Below the pieces are notes generated by a model, which had not been told where the DNA came from, made no database searches, and saw nothing but the letters and a program-made list of their open reading frames with translations. A stretch of DNA of 64,000 bases from Trichoplax sp. H2 (taxonomy: Eukaryota). Every line of letters starts with the position of its first letter. The first letter of the stretch is position 1. Made by a program: the position numbers and the translations under genes. Shown piece after piece: positions 1 to 15,900 of this stretch. Location of the stretch: the NCBI GenBank assembly GCA_003344405.1, contig NOWV01000012.1, forward strand, positions 248,001 through 312,000. The letters are read 5' to 3'.

Positions 1-306
1 TACAGCTCGTACTAAAAGCTGTTAAAACCGCAATATTTCACTTTCTAAATGGCATAAGGGAAGTAAAATTTTTAATTGTAACAGTTTTACATTAAGCATA
101 GAGAAGAATACAATAATTGCTGTACTGTACAGTGTAGACTGGACACTCACAGTAAAACTGTTTACTGTGCAAGTTCGTATACGAGTATTCGCGTATATGT
201 AGTACAGCATATACAGTACTATAAGTAAAAGCTGATGTCTACACGAGTCTACACGAAAGTGCCAGGATTCTTTAAATCTTACCAATTGATTGCCTATATT
301 TATAGG

Positions 307-547
307 CGGCAGTAGCAGAATTATCAATGGCTTCAATTTAAAAGGTGAGCTAAAGTTACGTCTTTGAAATTGAAGCCATTGATAACTCAGTGGATTTCCT
401 TTACAGTATTTATATTATTATTATGCAGGAGAACATGATGCGTTACGAGTAGAATTAAAACCCAGATTTTATCATCATAACGAAATGAATGAAATTGACC
501 GGATTGCTCCTATCGTATACGCATACTGGAAAACTTTTGTGGCTTGA
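307..547 (+). other. Possible terminal exons of an unrecognised gene or a spliced non-coding transcript (307-344 and 429-547)
   Basis: TTTATAG acceptor before 307, AAAG|GTGAGC donor after 344 and TATGCAG acceptor before 429. The joined frame reads GSSRIINGFNLKGEHDALRVELKPRFYHHNEMNEIDRIAPIVYAYWKTFVA*. No family recognised. Confidence 0.2.
321..385. repeat. Perfect 19-bp inverted repeat (hairpin)
   Basis: TTATCAATGGCTTCAATTT (321-339) is the exact reverse complement of AAATTGAAGCCATTGATAA (367-385). The 27-nt spacer pairs further (AAAG/CTTT). Confidence 0.9.
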
Positions 548-3500
548 ATAACACTTTTTGCCTGCCAAATTGCACATTGACATAAACGTAGTACTTTAGT
601 ACAATACTGCATCAAATAGAAATGCATTTTAATTTTAATTTCTTCTTATGTCTGCAAGGATTGACGACAGTTACATAAGATGATCATAGACATCCTCTGC
701 ATATAAAGATAAAACACAAAGATATCAACCCGTTTTTGATGATTGACCAGTACACAAACACTATACGGAATCTGGGCAGAATCAATAGAGGAAATCTACC
801 GTCATGGCTCTCCAATAATAATAACTGCCCTTGATATAGTTCTTGAATCAATGTTAGACTATTATCACGCAATGCACATAGTATCAATTGGACATAATCT
901 GCGTTGGACTAGATTAAAAAAATTTGCACGCTAAGCCACTAAAGGTGTTACAACAATCGGATAATACTGCATGTAGTTATTTGGAAATTAGTAAACCACG
1001 AAACATCGCATTATAAGATATGTGATAGATATGACCAGTAAAATAATAATACCAATATGGATAGGCCTAACCTGAACGAAAAGGTTACCTGGAATTAAAT
1101 TAATTAAAAGCTAACAGAGGTAATCTAACAGTAAGAAATGAGCAAGTCTTACTCTATCAGTTTATGAAGTTGTCGCATGATAGATGTTTCTATTCTACGC
1201 TGCACGTATTCATCCACTACATTTAAATCATACCTTGAAGGTATATAATAAAAACACACTGTACTGTATAAAACATAAAGTCTCGGCGTAATATAAAAAT
1301 AAAAATAATATATCTTAGTTTGTAGGCAGAATATGAGAAATGAGATATTATCAAGCAGAAATCAGTTTATAATATTGTCAAGCTTAGCAAATTCCAGTTC
1401 TATAAAAGTACCGCGTAAGTATTATAACGCTAACTGTCTTTCATAACGCATTATTACCATAATGAACACATCTTATTAGATAATTAATTGCGATGATAGT
1501 AAAATAGAATAGCTAGATTTATAAAAACAAAGAACATTCTTGACTATATCTGTCACATGAGTAAATCAAATGAGGATATCAACAATCGTGAGAATATAGG
1601 AAGCCAGCCTACCATCACAACAAGTAGGACAATACAGGCTGTATTGTTTACTTAATCGCTTAACATAGTTAATATCAGAGCATTTACCACACCTGTAACG
1701 CAAAGTTAAAGCAAAATAAATATTATTGAATAAATGTGACGGCTAGATTTGTCTAATAACTAGGACTTGCAGATATCCCTAGATAATTAGCATCCTATCG
1801 TGATAGGACCAAAAATGGATTTAACTCACCCACATCCTGACTCTACTGTTACTAATTGATATTTTTATAGTATATTTTTCTATGACATGCGTCAAAAAAA
1901 TGACCTACAGGGTATAACTAATGGACTTGCTTATTTACGTTATTTATTAGTTGCGAAAAGATCACGTGTTCTACTATTGGATCCAATACGTTCATTATTG
2001 TTTCTTAAGAATGGGCATTGACTGAAGTGTAATCAACGTAAATTAACGGAGAACGGCGCAATATAATATTTGATGTAAAATGATAGACAACACTTTGTTG
2101 GCCTACTATCATTGATTTGTTTTAGTGGAATTATTGATAAACTAGCAAGTATGACCGGCTACACTCAAATTAAATCTTCACTGTAATAGTATTATATGCA
2201 TATATCAAAAGGTGATCAATGATGTGGAGTGATAATTACATTATCATTACTAGTGTAAAGGTAAAAATAGTTTAGAAACTACTCATTACGCTAAGGATTT
2301 GAATTTAGAATAGAAATGAGACAGTTAAATTATAATTAAAATTGAATTTTTTTATTTTATTTACTTTATTATATACTTTGGTCTACATTTGATCAATAAC
2401 TATTTTTTAATAATATTTTAGTTCAGTATAACAATTTATTACTAATATTGGAGAGATAAAATTTTTGTAAGCCGTACAAACCGCGGTATAACCGCTATTA
2501 TTGATGTAACATCTATTACACCTATTAAAAATAAATTCTATATCCGAATAGATAATCTATAAAATTTGCCTACAGCGATCTTTCTAGATCTCTATCTGTA
2601 ACATAATCACTCAATTAGTGATAAGAGATTAAATTAATTGAAATAGTGCCTGGTCGTTCCGTCAACGTTTTACTGGCATTAATATGAACACCAGTATCAT
2701 GAATTTTTGGCAACTATCTTATCTTACATTGAGCGTAACGCGACAATTAAAATCTTGGTTCAGGACTTGAACCGATTAAAATACGAAGATTTATGTAGAA
2801 AATATGAAGATATATCCTAAATAAAAATATATTATTAAATACCTATAATTAGGAAATTGTATCTTAGCCTAACCTCTAATACTCTGAGCTTTCTCATTTT
2901 ACACGCAGTAATGTAAGCAATAGTACATAGCTATAGGAAATTGTTAAGTAAGGATAATACAGATAAAAATAGAACGCTCTTTCTAATGAAGCTACCATTG
3001 TAACATAGATAGATTGATCAATGAATAACACTAATTACGAATTTACATGCTATCACGAGCAGAACATTCCTTTGGCATTTGTTACTGTTAAAATTATAGT
3101 ATAATCTAAATAATAGTGTATTAAATGGTAATTTGAAAGGATATCCTTCATGATACAAATACTCAACTATCACGTTGTAGTCCACAATTTATTGTATACG
3201 CCCACACATCTCTGCTTAACAATATACCCAATAGCACTATTGACTATTAATTTAAATTAGGTATAGTAACGTTATTTAGATGTAAATTTGTGTCAATATA
3301 ACTGTTCATAACAGTATTTTAAGTCAGTGTATGCCAGGAAACAATGCTCCTATAGTAGAATAATTTAAACCCTTAGGCAATAGTAGTAAGCATTTTCTAC
3401 ACAAGGTAAAGTTACTCATAACAACAGCTTTTACTATACGATTAGTTGCTTATTGTTCAACACCATTATTGATCTATTAATGCTTCAGCATAATAAACTA

Positions 3501-3900
3501 TCATCTCATCCTCTTCATATTTTATAGTTAATAGGATGTTTATAGCGCATACGCGCCTAACATTCTACAATATACACTTATAGTATAAGAATAGCGTAAA
3601 AAAGATCGATATCGTTATCCTATAACAAAAATAGATGATTGATCACTAGACCAGTAGGTTATACTTTGGGGGTGTTGAAAAATTCAATGTGCTACTCTCA
3701 AGTATAGTTATTACAGTGTCTAGATAACACTTTTCCTTTTCGAGAAATATCCATATCCCCCCTGCTATCTAGTCTTATTATCTAATCTGTCAAAAGAGAA
3801 TATTTAGCATTCTTCATTTCAGGACACCTACGTGGATTAGAGGTAACATTAAGAAAAAATATTCAAGCGCGATTGAATAAAAGGATCGAAAGAGGGCATC

Positions 3901-6900
3901 ATGACGACTGTGGCAAGAAAAATTGCACCTCGAGCATCTTTTGCTCGATCTAAATCTCTCTCTGATAATATGATGCAAGATTTGTATCTAGCACGAGCTG
4001 GTGGAATGGATGCGGATAGCGGTGATGAAACATCAATTGAGATTAAGGCTATACTACCGGACGGAAATCGTAAAACGGTAAATGCTTGACCTATTTGCCA
4101 TAATCAATTACTCAATGATTTGTCAACATCGTGTTAACCTTATTTACAGCTAACCGATGATTCGATAGCTTACCGTTTTATACAAATTTTTCTTTAGTTT
4201 TAATTACTTTTTTCTTATACAGCGTTGTTTATACGAGTTAAATATGATTCAAATTAAAAAAGAAATGAATCCTTAAATGAGTATTGACCAATACTAATAT
4301 CACTTTATGATCAACTCTATCGCATGCTAGATATTTAATGATATTTCGTCACTGATGTTGATCATTTTCGCGAAAGAACTATCTTACAACATACTTAACT
4401 TATTAAATTTCGGCACAGTAGCATTCTAATATCGTCGATAGGATAAGCGATAAAACAAGTGATACTTCGACCAATTAACTCTAGCTTGATGTGACAATCA
4501 AAATGTTTTAATGATGAGGTGGCTTTTGAAGATTAAATAATCATATCTAAAAAATTGACTACAGAACTTTGAAAAAATAAATACCATCTTATGAAAGACT
4601 TTCATTTATTATAATTATTAAATTGGAAATTAAAGTGACGCAGCTAAAAGACCTATTATTTTAAGTAATTACATATAATGATCTAGCTTCCTATAGATCT
4701 AAAGCAATTATCTGATCTTAATAATATAAAATGCTGAATCAGCTGACAATTATAATCAATAACCCACTGTTGATAATTTCTTATTTTAAAAATGACTAAC
4801 CAAAGCGTTAAAACATTTGTTATCAGTTTTCTTTGAAGTTATTGGATGAAAAGGTATAGAGACTTATGCGAATACTCAAAAGTTTATACGTAGACGTTAA
4901 TAATTACGGTACTTTGAATACGGTTATAATCTTAATCGGCATTTCATAATATTTCTTTATCAGTGCTGGCTTTCTATACGTAAGACGTGAGTGCAATGTA
5001 CAAGATGTCATACAGAGTTCTTGTAACATCCGGAAAACTTCACCATTTACTTTTCTTACTTTTTGCTACATAACGGCTGTAATGATGATAAGATGTAGCA
5101 GATAAACCTATTGTAAACTTCTAGATTCGAAGACTAATAATATACTGATCGCTATTGATGATATAGAAGGACCGTTGATAAAATTTTAGGTGAAAGTATA
5201 GTCCAATTTAATACTGTACTAGCCTGAATTGAAAAAGGATGCTAAAAATTTTGTAATTGAATATTAATTTTACTTACGCATTATTTCGGTCTAATAAGAA
5301 ACTGTAAAATGTAGTTAATTTAAATTTGATACTGTATTAGTAGAAACAAGTTAGTATTGTAAATAGTGATAATCATCATAATATAATGAGAGCGTAACTT
5401 TCGGTGAAGGTTATTCTTAGAAACTTTTGTAATCGTATCTGTCAAACTTTGATCATTCTCATTTCGTTCTTCGAGCTATGCAGCCATAATCATATTGCGC
5501 CTTTCTATTTAATAATACTGTTTAATTGGCTGTAGTTTTTCTTACACTGTTTTAGTTTTAAATATTTCCAATTTTTAGACATTACCTAAATTGTTAATCA
5601 AAGTGCAATTGATTTTTTTTAATGCTAGTGGGTAGAGTATTATGTAAACTGTCGGATCTTAGCTGAATCAACGTAAGGGAATTTGTTTATCCGTATCATC
5701 ACTTGTGTTAGATTTAGTTTAACCTTTCTACAGATTTTCTGACATATGCATAAGAGCTACTGGTCAAGCTACTGTAGAATAAGCTTCTAGTTGGTATCCT
5801 GATACTGTACCATACACTAGAATGAATAACATTAGATTTCAGATCTATTAGAAGATATTTCACCGGTACCATGCTTAGATAAATTCGTATTTCTTTACTA
5901 TGACACGCCGCTAATTGTAATTTATTCGTTAAAAATTAACGACATGAATATTTTGTAATTGAAAATTTAGATATTTACAACGAAAGAACTAACTAAATTA
6001 TACTCCTCCGTGAGACTGTATGAATTTCTAAGCATGCGAGTTGATACGTATTCATTAATTCAGCGTATTTGTGAATCTTCAAGTTTTTAATCATATGAGT
6101 TGATCGCTCAGGAAATTTTTCGTACTTTTATTTTAGATATTCCTCATCATATTTATACAATTATTAATTATTACATCCCGTCTTAATATGATCAAGTTTC
6201 TGCTTTTAAAATCTAACATATTTCATTTCGACTTATCATGGAGCTTGATTTAGTGAATAACCTAAGTAATATTTAACTGATTGCAACTCTTCTTGTTTTC
6301 GAGCAAGCTATTTTATAATGTCCATCTTTTCAGATATAAAACGATCGGTCAATATTTTCTTTCTTGGATGTTTAATTCCAACATTTTAGTAATCAAATAT
6401 ACGTTGTATAATTAAAACAAAAACTGTAGTAGTTCAGCTAGTAAATCTATTGACAATTCCTTTATCACCCTAATTAAATTGAATCCCTATATTCGTCTTT
6501 TCGTTAGTAGCGATCCGTTACCGTATATTTTTCTCAATCGTTGTTTTGGCCTTAATTTAAAACTTGTAATAAAATTTCGCACGTGACTGCTAAATCGAGA
6601 TGGATAACATTTTACAAGTATCAAGATTGCTAACTTTTTCTCATTACTTCCAATCGAATTGTTATGTAAACTCCTGCAATATCAAAGTTCAAGCCATATT
6701 GTAAATGATACAAAAAAAAATCAGCTCACGGACAAAAGGATTGTTCCATGTTCGTCAAGTGTATTTATTAGACATAATAGACTTCATACAGCAAGTGAGA
6801 AAAGAAGGCCATATTGCGTTTGTACTATTTTAGTCTTTTGATCATCTCATTATGGGAATCTAAGCTTCACGGTTTGTTGTCGTCGTCATTACTACTCTAT

Positions 6901-9900
6901 TCAATATCATTTGTAAGAGTTAATCTAACATCCAGTCCATCTGTCAAATGAAAAAGACCATTATGCTTATTTTTCTCATCTATCCTACTCTGATCGCATT
7001 TTTGGGGACTTAATATTGACAGACATGTTATGATTTTCATCGTAGAACTCACTCTCTAACTATGGGTAAATTATTATTATTGTATCGTAGTTATTTCTGC
7101 TGATTCATAATATTTAAGATTTCTTGACTGACATTGTTTAAAACTCAAGAGTTAATACGACGAAAGTTAAAGAATTTAAAGTTTAGTTTTACTATAAGGT
7201 CAGCTATATTAACCAACAATTATAAAACTATAATCTGCCGGTAATCAGCATTATAAAGAGCTGATGAAAGAGTTCAGCCGACAATGTTATAAAAGCTCAT
7301 TCTCACAAAATAATACACATTGCATTCCGTATTGGCCATAGATAGGATATTTCTTCTTTGGGTTATTAACTATCTAGCTAAACAGGATGGACGTGTGCTT
7401 TGTATAGTACAAGCAACGTTATATCTATAGGTTTCGCGGTTATAATTTCTTTTCAAGTTCGTAATTTTATATCTAGTGAATGAACTTTTCGAATATTAAT
7501 AGTGGTAACCTAAAATACGTAAATACTATATAGCCTATTGTATGAATTATTATTCGAATTTCTATACCAAGAAGAGAACAGTTATTAGCTTTTAATATCA
7601 ATATTCCCAGAAAATCAATTACACTTACGATGTACACTTTTTCGGGATACATGTGTAATTAACTTCAACAGCTACAGACAATGTTCATTTTAATGCATAT
7701 CCTCTATCTCCGTTTGTTTGATGCCATATATCGATCAGCGAACTCCGAATATGCGTATATTACAGTAGTATTATTTGCGTCAATATCACAATCTTAATGA
7801 CTATCTAACCTTTCGAATGAAATCATAAGACAAAATGTTAATGCTATTTACTATAATATTTGAGTTAATACGATATGCTCCATTTTATAAAATTTTTATC
7901 AACTATTATCAATAGCTAATAACATAAATCTAGTATCCTTAGCATACAGCATTTAATTATGCGTAGTACTGATAGTTATAACTGTATTGATCAAAGCTTA
8001 CAGAATGAAATGCAATAAGATCAAATTATTATCAAATACTTTTCGAGAGTTGCATCACGTTGCTACAGATAAATTAGTGAGCAATCTCTTGACCAGTTAC
8101 CAAATATTTCGAGATTAAATTCTAAGTAAAGTGCCTTCATTATCCGCGTCTTAGATCGATCAGTAAGTTACGGGAGCAAATCTCTATAAAAATTTTGCGC
8201 ACATCATGGTCTCCTCACTGATAGCCTTTCAATAGTTTATCCTAAGCCATATTGTTTAAGTATCTGTATTATATACTTTCTTTGCTGATTGATTTAAGTA
8301 CCTTTACCTTTTTGGTTACAAACTTTATTGTTTTATAACATTCATTAAAATTTAGCTTAAAATAAACCCAAACCAGCAAATTCCTCGTAAACAACATTGC
8401 AAGTATTCTGTACAGAATGTATGAAGCTAATATACTCTTAGAAAATATTTCTCATGGATCAAAACTATTGAATTAACCTTCAAAGGCGCTTATTTGCATA
8501 GTAATTATAGTTTTTTATGGTTTGAATACTGGAATTATTTTGTATTTATCTGTTCTTTTCTGACGAATTCATGGATTGATTTGAATTCCTGATAGTTAGC
8601 CCGTTAAGCTATTACTTTAAGTCCATTTTGAAAGTAAACGATTACTGTAGCTTTCGTTAGCCCTGAAAAGTTGACATTTTTAATTCACTTCAATTACTTT
8701 CCCTCTCTGTACCAATCGATTAATATATTACAAATAGTCTCAAGAAAACGAAAAGTGCATTCTGTCTTTAAATTTACGAAAAATGCTCATCGATCGCTCC
8801 AAATTATAAGGAAATTAGAGATAAAATGTTATCATTCTTTAAGGAGATTTTTACTTCGTTCAAAAGGATTATTTTCGTCGACTCAGAAGAATTTACATAG
8901 GTTACAGTCGATTACGATGTTCATTTGTAATTATTGTAAAAATTGAACGGCCATGATATGAATTTTACTTAATGTTGTTCATTGTAGCTATCACTAAAAC
9001 AAGTAGATTAATGTGTATGTTTATATTATTGCCTACGGAGCAAGCTAGAAACTAATTATTCCATACAAATGAATATTGATAAGTGAATAGACATAGACAT
9101 ATGTTAATATCAACATATTGAGCATTTTCCTCTCTAAGAATGATATGACTAAAATTAATCCCATAATAATGCTATTATCTTTTTTCCTATAGTTAAATGG
9201 CAAAGTAGGAATGAGGGTTGGGCATTTAGTTGCTGATATCGTCCATCAATTTAACTTATCATCTTGGCATGTTCGTATGTTGCCATCGCGCGCTATCGTT
9301 AATGATGGCTCTGATATAGGCGTCTTAAATGGTGAAGAAATATCAATCGAAGGAATTAGTCAATATCCACAAAGCGATATTATGCAAGGTAAAATAATAA
9401 ATTTTATTTTTAAAAATCATGTGCTATGAGAACGATAATAAGATACAGCATTTTTAGTCATTATATATGACCTTTTCCATCGAGTGAAGATTATTAGCCT
9501 TCATTCATACATTATATGTTCATGGCCAAAGCACTTTCACACTAAATTATTACAGTAGTTTTGAGAATTGTTATGATATAATTTTCAATATAACAACTAA
9601 ATCAACGCTCTCTTTGAAAGCAAATTAATCTTAATAAAATTGGTTTAGTAACAGTTTTAAACAACAAGCATTTGGTTTAATTTATGGGTTAATCCGTGAT
9701 AAATATCCTTTACGTCAATGAAATTGATACAGTTACCGTAATTATGACGACTAAAATCTTGACTTCCTGTTATTTCCTTTTTCCTAACTAGAAAGGAATA
9801 TAGTAATGAAACATTAATCGATTTAAGCAATTCTGTATGAGAAACTCACTGTTACTGGTTTGAATTTTGCTTTGCCTATTGTAGACAGAATTAACTAAGT

Positions 9901-12900
9901 GTAGCATTTAACAACCTTAACAATATTACTATAGTAGAAGAGTAATCAAAAGCCATTCTAGTATAATTCATTTTTCTTGTAATCAAATTTCTAGTTAACC
10001 AATAACAATTAATCACTTCTATCGTCATTACCTATATTGACTCTTATATTTTTTCCATTATTTTCCCTATTTTCCTGGACAACCAAATATTAATCCTATT
10101 AATATATATTGTAATATTGATAATTGATCTATTTAAAAAAATTAGATTGTAAGCAATTACTTTATTCAATAAGTTCACAAGCTCTTTTATAATGAACAAA
10201 AAAACGAAGTACGGTACTCTACTTTAATTTTTGTGAGAAATCTTCTATAATAAGGTTTGGTCAAACCCAATCGAATTTATTTTTGAACCTTTCGCACCTA
10301 AGCTACTACATAGCAATGCATTTATGCAGGAGAAATTTTACTCGTCAATTCATTCGCTATACTAAATGCAACTATGGTAAAGCCTCTACATTGTTTAATT
10401 TCTATCATACTGTACATTACCCTATTCTATTTCTCTATTTTTATTAATTTTTTCTGATGTGAGCCGTTTGACTATTTATCGGCACTACGATATACGAATA
10501 GGCCAATATACATACTTAAGGAGCTACTGGCTTTTTGCTTAGTACTGGGTATCTGATGTTACAAAAACCATGATGTTGTTGACAATCAGACTTAAATTAC
10601 GTTTACCTTGAGATCTTTCATTACTATTCCAAGTAAATTTTGTCAATGTGATAATTTTATAGGCAAAAGAAATACTTTACGTCTATTTGTATTTGCTGAA
10701 AAAATGAATAGTTAAACTAAATATTGATTACTTAGCGAAAGTACTTTGTCACTACAACACTGCCATTGGTAACTGATCGACCTATGCTTCTCGATTTCCT
10801 TATAGAAATGGATGAACGATTAAAATGTGTCAATAATTTGCTTTTCTCCGAAGAGCTTTACTTGGAATCGCTTAAAATTACCATCGATAATTATGCTGAT
10901 CCTCTTTGGTAAGGAAAATTAACTCTAGCGGCTTTTGCCGTATGAAGTATTCATATTGAATGAAAAGAACCTCTCAGAAAAATCCTAAAAGAAATAAAAC
11001 CAATGTCTAAACATAGTGAATTATAATTGATGAATTTTCAATTTTACCACAGGAAATGGGGCTTAAGTGAATTAGAGTACGATACTCTCTTTGGTGGTAT
11101 CAAGCAACTTCGACAGCTTAATACTCTGCTATGGCAAAAGGTAGAAATTAGAGATGTAAATTCAGCTTTCATAAAACAAATTTGGTATGACCAAGACAAT
11201 CAAAACAGATTCTTTAATGGTTTTTAGTAATGGCTTTTGCAATTTTTACCATAAATGTTGCAGTCGAAATTATTTTATATTTCATTTTGTATCGCCGCTT
11301 AAAGCAATAATTTCAGTTATAGTTTAACTTAGTCGTCTGCCGATTTGAAAGCTAGAATATTTTACAAAGTCAATGTGATCATTATGGTGCCGATTATAAT
11401 CGTAGTTAAGCCAATATAAAAGTGCAGATAGAGCAGTCACGGAAAACTTATACTAGCATAAATATAAGGCAATGGCAATGTTGATTTAATTACATTTTAA
11501 GCCAACATAAGAAAAAAGACAGTTAAGACTGTGATAAAATAAATTTCGTGAATGTGGTCGTGGAACGGAGTGCAATATCCATTCCTTCCACGACTAATAA
11601 GCGAATAGTAATTCAAGGAAACAAACAATCTCAGAATACTTGTCTTTATTGTACTGATATCATTTTAGAGGTATTTTAATCGTCTGTCTCTTAATTAAAA
11701 TTCTTTTATTGTCGGCTATCGTTTTCATAAAACAATATTACTCTGGTATCATAGCAATATTAATTCTTTTTATTTAAGGCTTAGATAGTATGCTAGCACA
11801 AGAATGTCCACAGTTAGTAGTTGGCAATAGATTGGTTCAGTATAACAATTGCACATAATTAAACGTTTTAAAAATTTTTATTCGTGCTATACATGAATCA
11901 GTATCCACTTTTACTCATCTATCAGTTGACTAAAACCACTTTCCAAGCTAGTAAAAATTGTTTTGCGTATTAAATCTACTCACAAGATAACATTAACATT
12001 CTATCATGTAATATCGATTCTAAGTAAACTAATTAAGGTAGTATGCGAGCATAAGGATGATTATAGATATGATACTTCGAATTAGCGTAAACGCTATACT
12101 TAATAATTTAATAGCTATCCATGTTGTACTAGTATGAACATTTTTTTTAAAAGCTATTTAATTGATTCATCAGCTAATCAATGAATTAAAACTACTTTAT
12201 TTGTTAATTATTATGATGTCCTAGCAAATATTGATGCAATATTATTACAGTATAGAAACTGTAGTATTAGAGATAGCATCAAAAATCGCAATAATGTTGT
12301 TCAGTCTTCATTTATTCATTTATATAAGCTATCTCATCAGTTAATAATATCGCTTCGTGGTCTTTAATCATTTTTAAGCCGTTTTAGGAACGGTAAGCGC
12401 AAAGACTATTTAAAAATTCGAGCGGTATTAGATTAATATCTATCAAACATATTCTAATTTAAAAATCACTTGTGGAGGTCGAAAAATAACATTACTAAAT
12501 TTGGCTTCCTGTTCAAGCAATCATCCGTTAAATTTAGCGGCACTGGAGAATTGTCGTCAGAATTGACATTACTATGATCATTGAGCACCACAATAGTTTA
12601 TGTAATTACGACTATCGTCTATATAATCACATGATATTACAGCTATTTATCATATCTCTTTTTATTATAGTTGAAAAGTGCTACAGCAACTTGGGATTCC
12701 GAGCTTACTTGCATAGGTAAGATAAAGGCTTTGATAATTACTCAAGAAAGATTTACAGTACATTTGGTTGTACTGATTCTTCTCTCGGGTCTACTTTATC
12801 GTATCATTCTTGGTTAATTCCAAAAAATAAAAAATACAGTACGAGGTTCCCTCCTCCTACATAGAATTCTGTATTAATTGATACCTTTGTAAGCAAGCCT

Positions 12901-15900
12901 ATCTATTCTATCTGTGTCAGTGATGATACTCGTATGTAGAGTATTTGGGTATAAGCCAACCATATCAATTGTAATAGTAGCACACAATTCTATTATTTCT
13001 TTTACCTTGATTAATCTTCATATCAAGTTAGCACAATATTCTACGTATCTCCTAATGTAGTCTAAGCACATCAGCTTATACCGTTACCTTCTTTCATGGT
13101 ATCTTTTTTTATACAGTAGTTACCAACTGTATGTTAATATCATGAAATGCTAGTATATTGTTTCTTGTTAGCATGAAAAATGCGATTTCCAAAAATAACG
13201 CAATAAATTTTAGAGATAATTATTACGAATTCATCCAAAAAGTGGATTTGCATGCAAATTGAGTAAATGTAATTAAAAATAAATGACTAACTAATGCTAT
13301 TATCTCATCATTTAGGTCAGATTTTTGTTTTCTTTGATCTTTTCTGGCCTGTCTACGAAGAATATTACCAAAGTTTTAAATCGGTCAAACTGTAAGTCTC
13401 TTTTCTTATTAGTATTCAATATTTGATTGTTCGATAACTACAAGGGTGAATGGATATTTTATTAATCATGAATAAAACTAAATTTCTGAATAATTCTAAG
13501 CTGTAGTTTTCAAACTATTTATCTTGTCAATTCTATAATTAAAGATAAAACCAATAATCAAATTATATATTAAAAAGATTTTTTTTTAGTAAAGTAAACG
13601 ATAATAAATATCAAAAGTTGTACTATCACACCCTTAGTCAAGTCTTAAGCCACCTTCATAAATTATTTATTTCATCGCGACGAAATTAATCGACGGCTAA
13701 TCTAATAGAACATCTGCGTCAATATTTTAATTACACTGTAATACTATATTATTATCAAATCTGGATTACTATCATTTATACAGCTTCTCTTTTCACCATC
13801 AAATCCAAATTTATTTCTTAACTATATTAACTGTAGTTTTATAAAAGTTCACTACAGTTAATGCTCTCTGAAATACCATCTTGCGAGTGCATTAAGCTGG
13901 TCTTAATTTGATACGATAAATAATATCCCTTTTTAAGTCGGTTTTGAGATTTAACAAAAAACCTTTGATATTACGTACGTTTTTAAAATAAATAGTAACA
14001 TACCCGTACTTAAATTTATATACGAATATTAAGTCGTTGAACACGTTTCTGGGTATATATCTCCATGTAATTAATTTTTGAATAGCAATGATGAATTTCA
14101 CCGATTAGCTTGTAATTAGATGATAGCTTAGAAAATTATTTTCTACCAATCATTTATAGAATACTAAAATCCAAGAAGAGTAATGATCCGACCTTCAGTG
14201 ACTTCTTGCGAACTCAACGTCTTAGCGCTCATCATTCCTTGGAATCATTGTTACTAGCTCCAGTAAGTGATTAAGGTGGTTGTAGCAATATTTTTTATGA
14301 TGCCTTCACTAACCGTGAAAGGAGTTAGAAATCAATTGGACTATCTCACTATTTTTATTTGGTATTGTAATTTATGAAACTCTATTTCTGTTCTGCAAAA
14401 TTCGTATACAAAGATGTTCATGCCAAGTTAATATTGAACGATTGGTCAAGCTTTTTAAATACAATTTAAATTCTACAAAAATTTTTCTATAGTCCTGTAT
14501 CAGTTTTCTTACCCACCTATTCTTTGTTAGTTAATAATTTATAATATACTGTAGTCTTGCATTTTAGAGTTGTATAATAGCCTTATTTGATATTAGTAAC
14601 ATTGCACATGTTTTTCTGAAGCCATTTACGATAAATCTGTTTAGCTTAAAATGAATCTTAGCTAAGGAAACGTCAAATAATTTTATCCTACACTACAATA
14701 AATTAAAAGCTTGCGATTACGTAGTAATTAAATTTAAAAATTTAACTTTATAGAATTCTTAACAGTTTCATTTCAGCAAAGCCAATGTTAATTTAATATA
14801 CCAACGCTATTCTTAAATTAACGATCGCACCGTATAGTATGGTCCTATTTGCTATCTTCTTGACAGTTCTATCAAGACGAAATACTTATTTAAGAAATTC
14901 TCAAAAATACTGTTATAATATTACTTTGCTTAATACCTTGTAAAGTCAATAATCAAATTTGATATTAGCGTAGCTTTATCTTTGGCCGTTCAACAGTACT
15001 GAAATTAGCATATATTACTTACATATTTTAGTAATGAGATTTCTGATTTATTTTCTCTACTTTATTCCCTTCAACTTTAAGCATAAGCATCTAAATAATT
15101 TCAGCTATTAAGTCTAACCGAGCGTAGCAAATTATTTGTATATCGTTTCTACCGTGTTGTCAAACATTTTTAGAATAGTTATGGAAAAATTCATTTCCTA
15201 ATTAGTTTATTTCAAGAGAGATTTTATTAATTAAGTTGTCATTATCAAATTAGCAATTATTATAATCATCGTGGAACAACCATAAATATTTCCGTATCAT
15301 AATTAAACCTCGATATGTCAAAGATAAATTTCACCTTGAAAATTTTGATTTGAAGTTGTCGGTTGAGTTTGCTCTTAATGTCTCTTCTTAATGGCCGTTG
15401 TAGATATAGACCTAAATTTTGCCTTAACTGAATGCAAATTTTCGTAAATGATACGCCTATAGTCAAAACCAGAAACAAATCCACAAAGCATAATTTTTTA
15501 TTTGCACTGACATAACTTTCTTTATTTGAGGCTTTCATTCTAGTAATATTCCTAATCGCAGCTAATAAGAAAGTATATAGTAAATGGCTGCCATTAATAC
15601 CAGTATTCATTCTGTTATAGCTGATTCTCCTTTGTAAACCTGAAAAATAATAGTATCATGAATAATGTAAATAAAAGCGTAGATGGAATCAACGCAAGCA
15701 ATTTATTCTGAAGCTAATCATTACAATAATAATAAAGAAAACAATTTATTGTTTCTCGAAAACTGGATAGGTTTAATATTAAAAAAAATGGCACAAATAA
15801 GTAATAATAATTCCTACCAAATTTGTTAAATTGGTTGTAACTATCTTTAGTCTACATAATTGATGGTCTTTTTTAATAAAGAAATGGCTATTATGATTAT

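Noticed and set aside
15266-15610. 114-aa antisense ORF inside an ARHGAP20-like intron (and similar short intronic ORFs such as 8671-8946 and 13892-14101)
   Set aside because: Composition is typical of AT-rich non-coding DNA, with no recognisable domain or exon chain.
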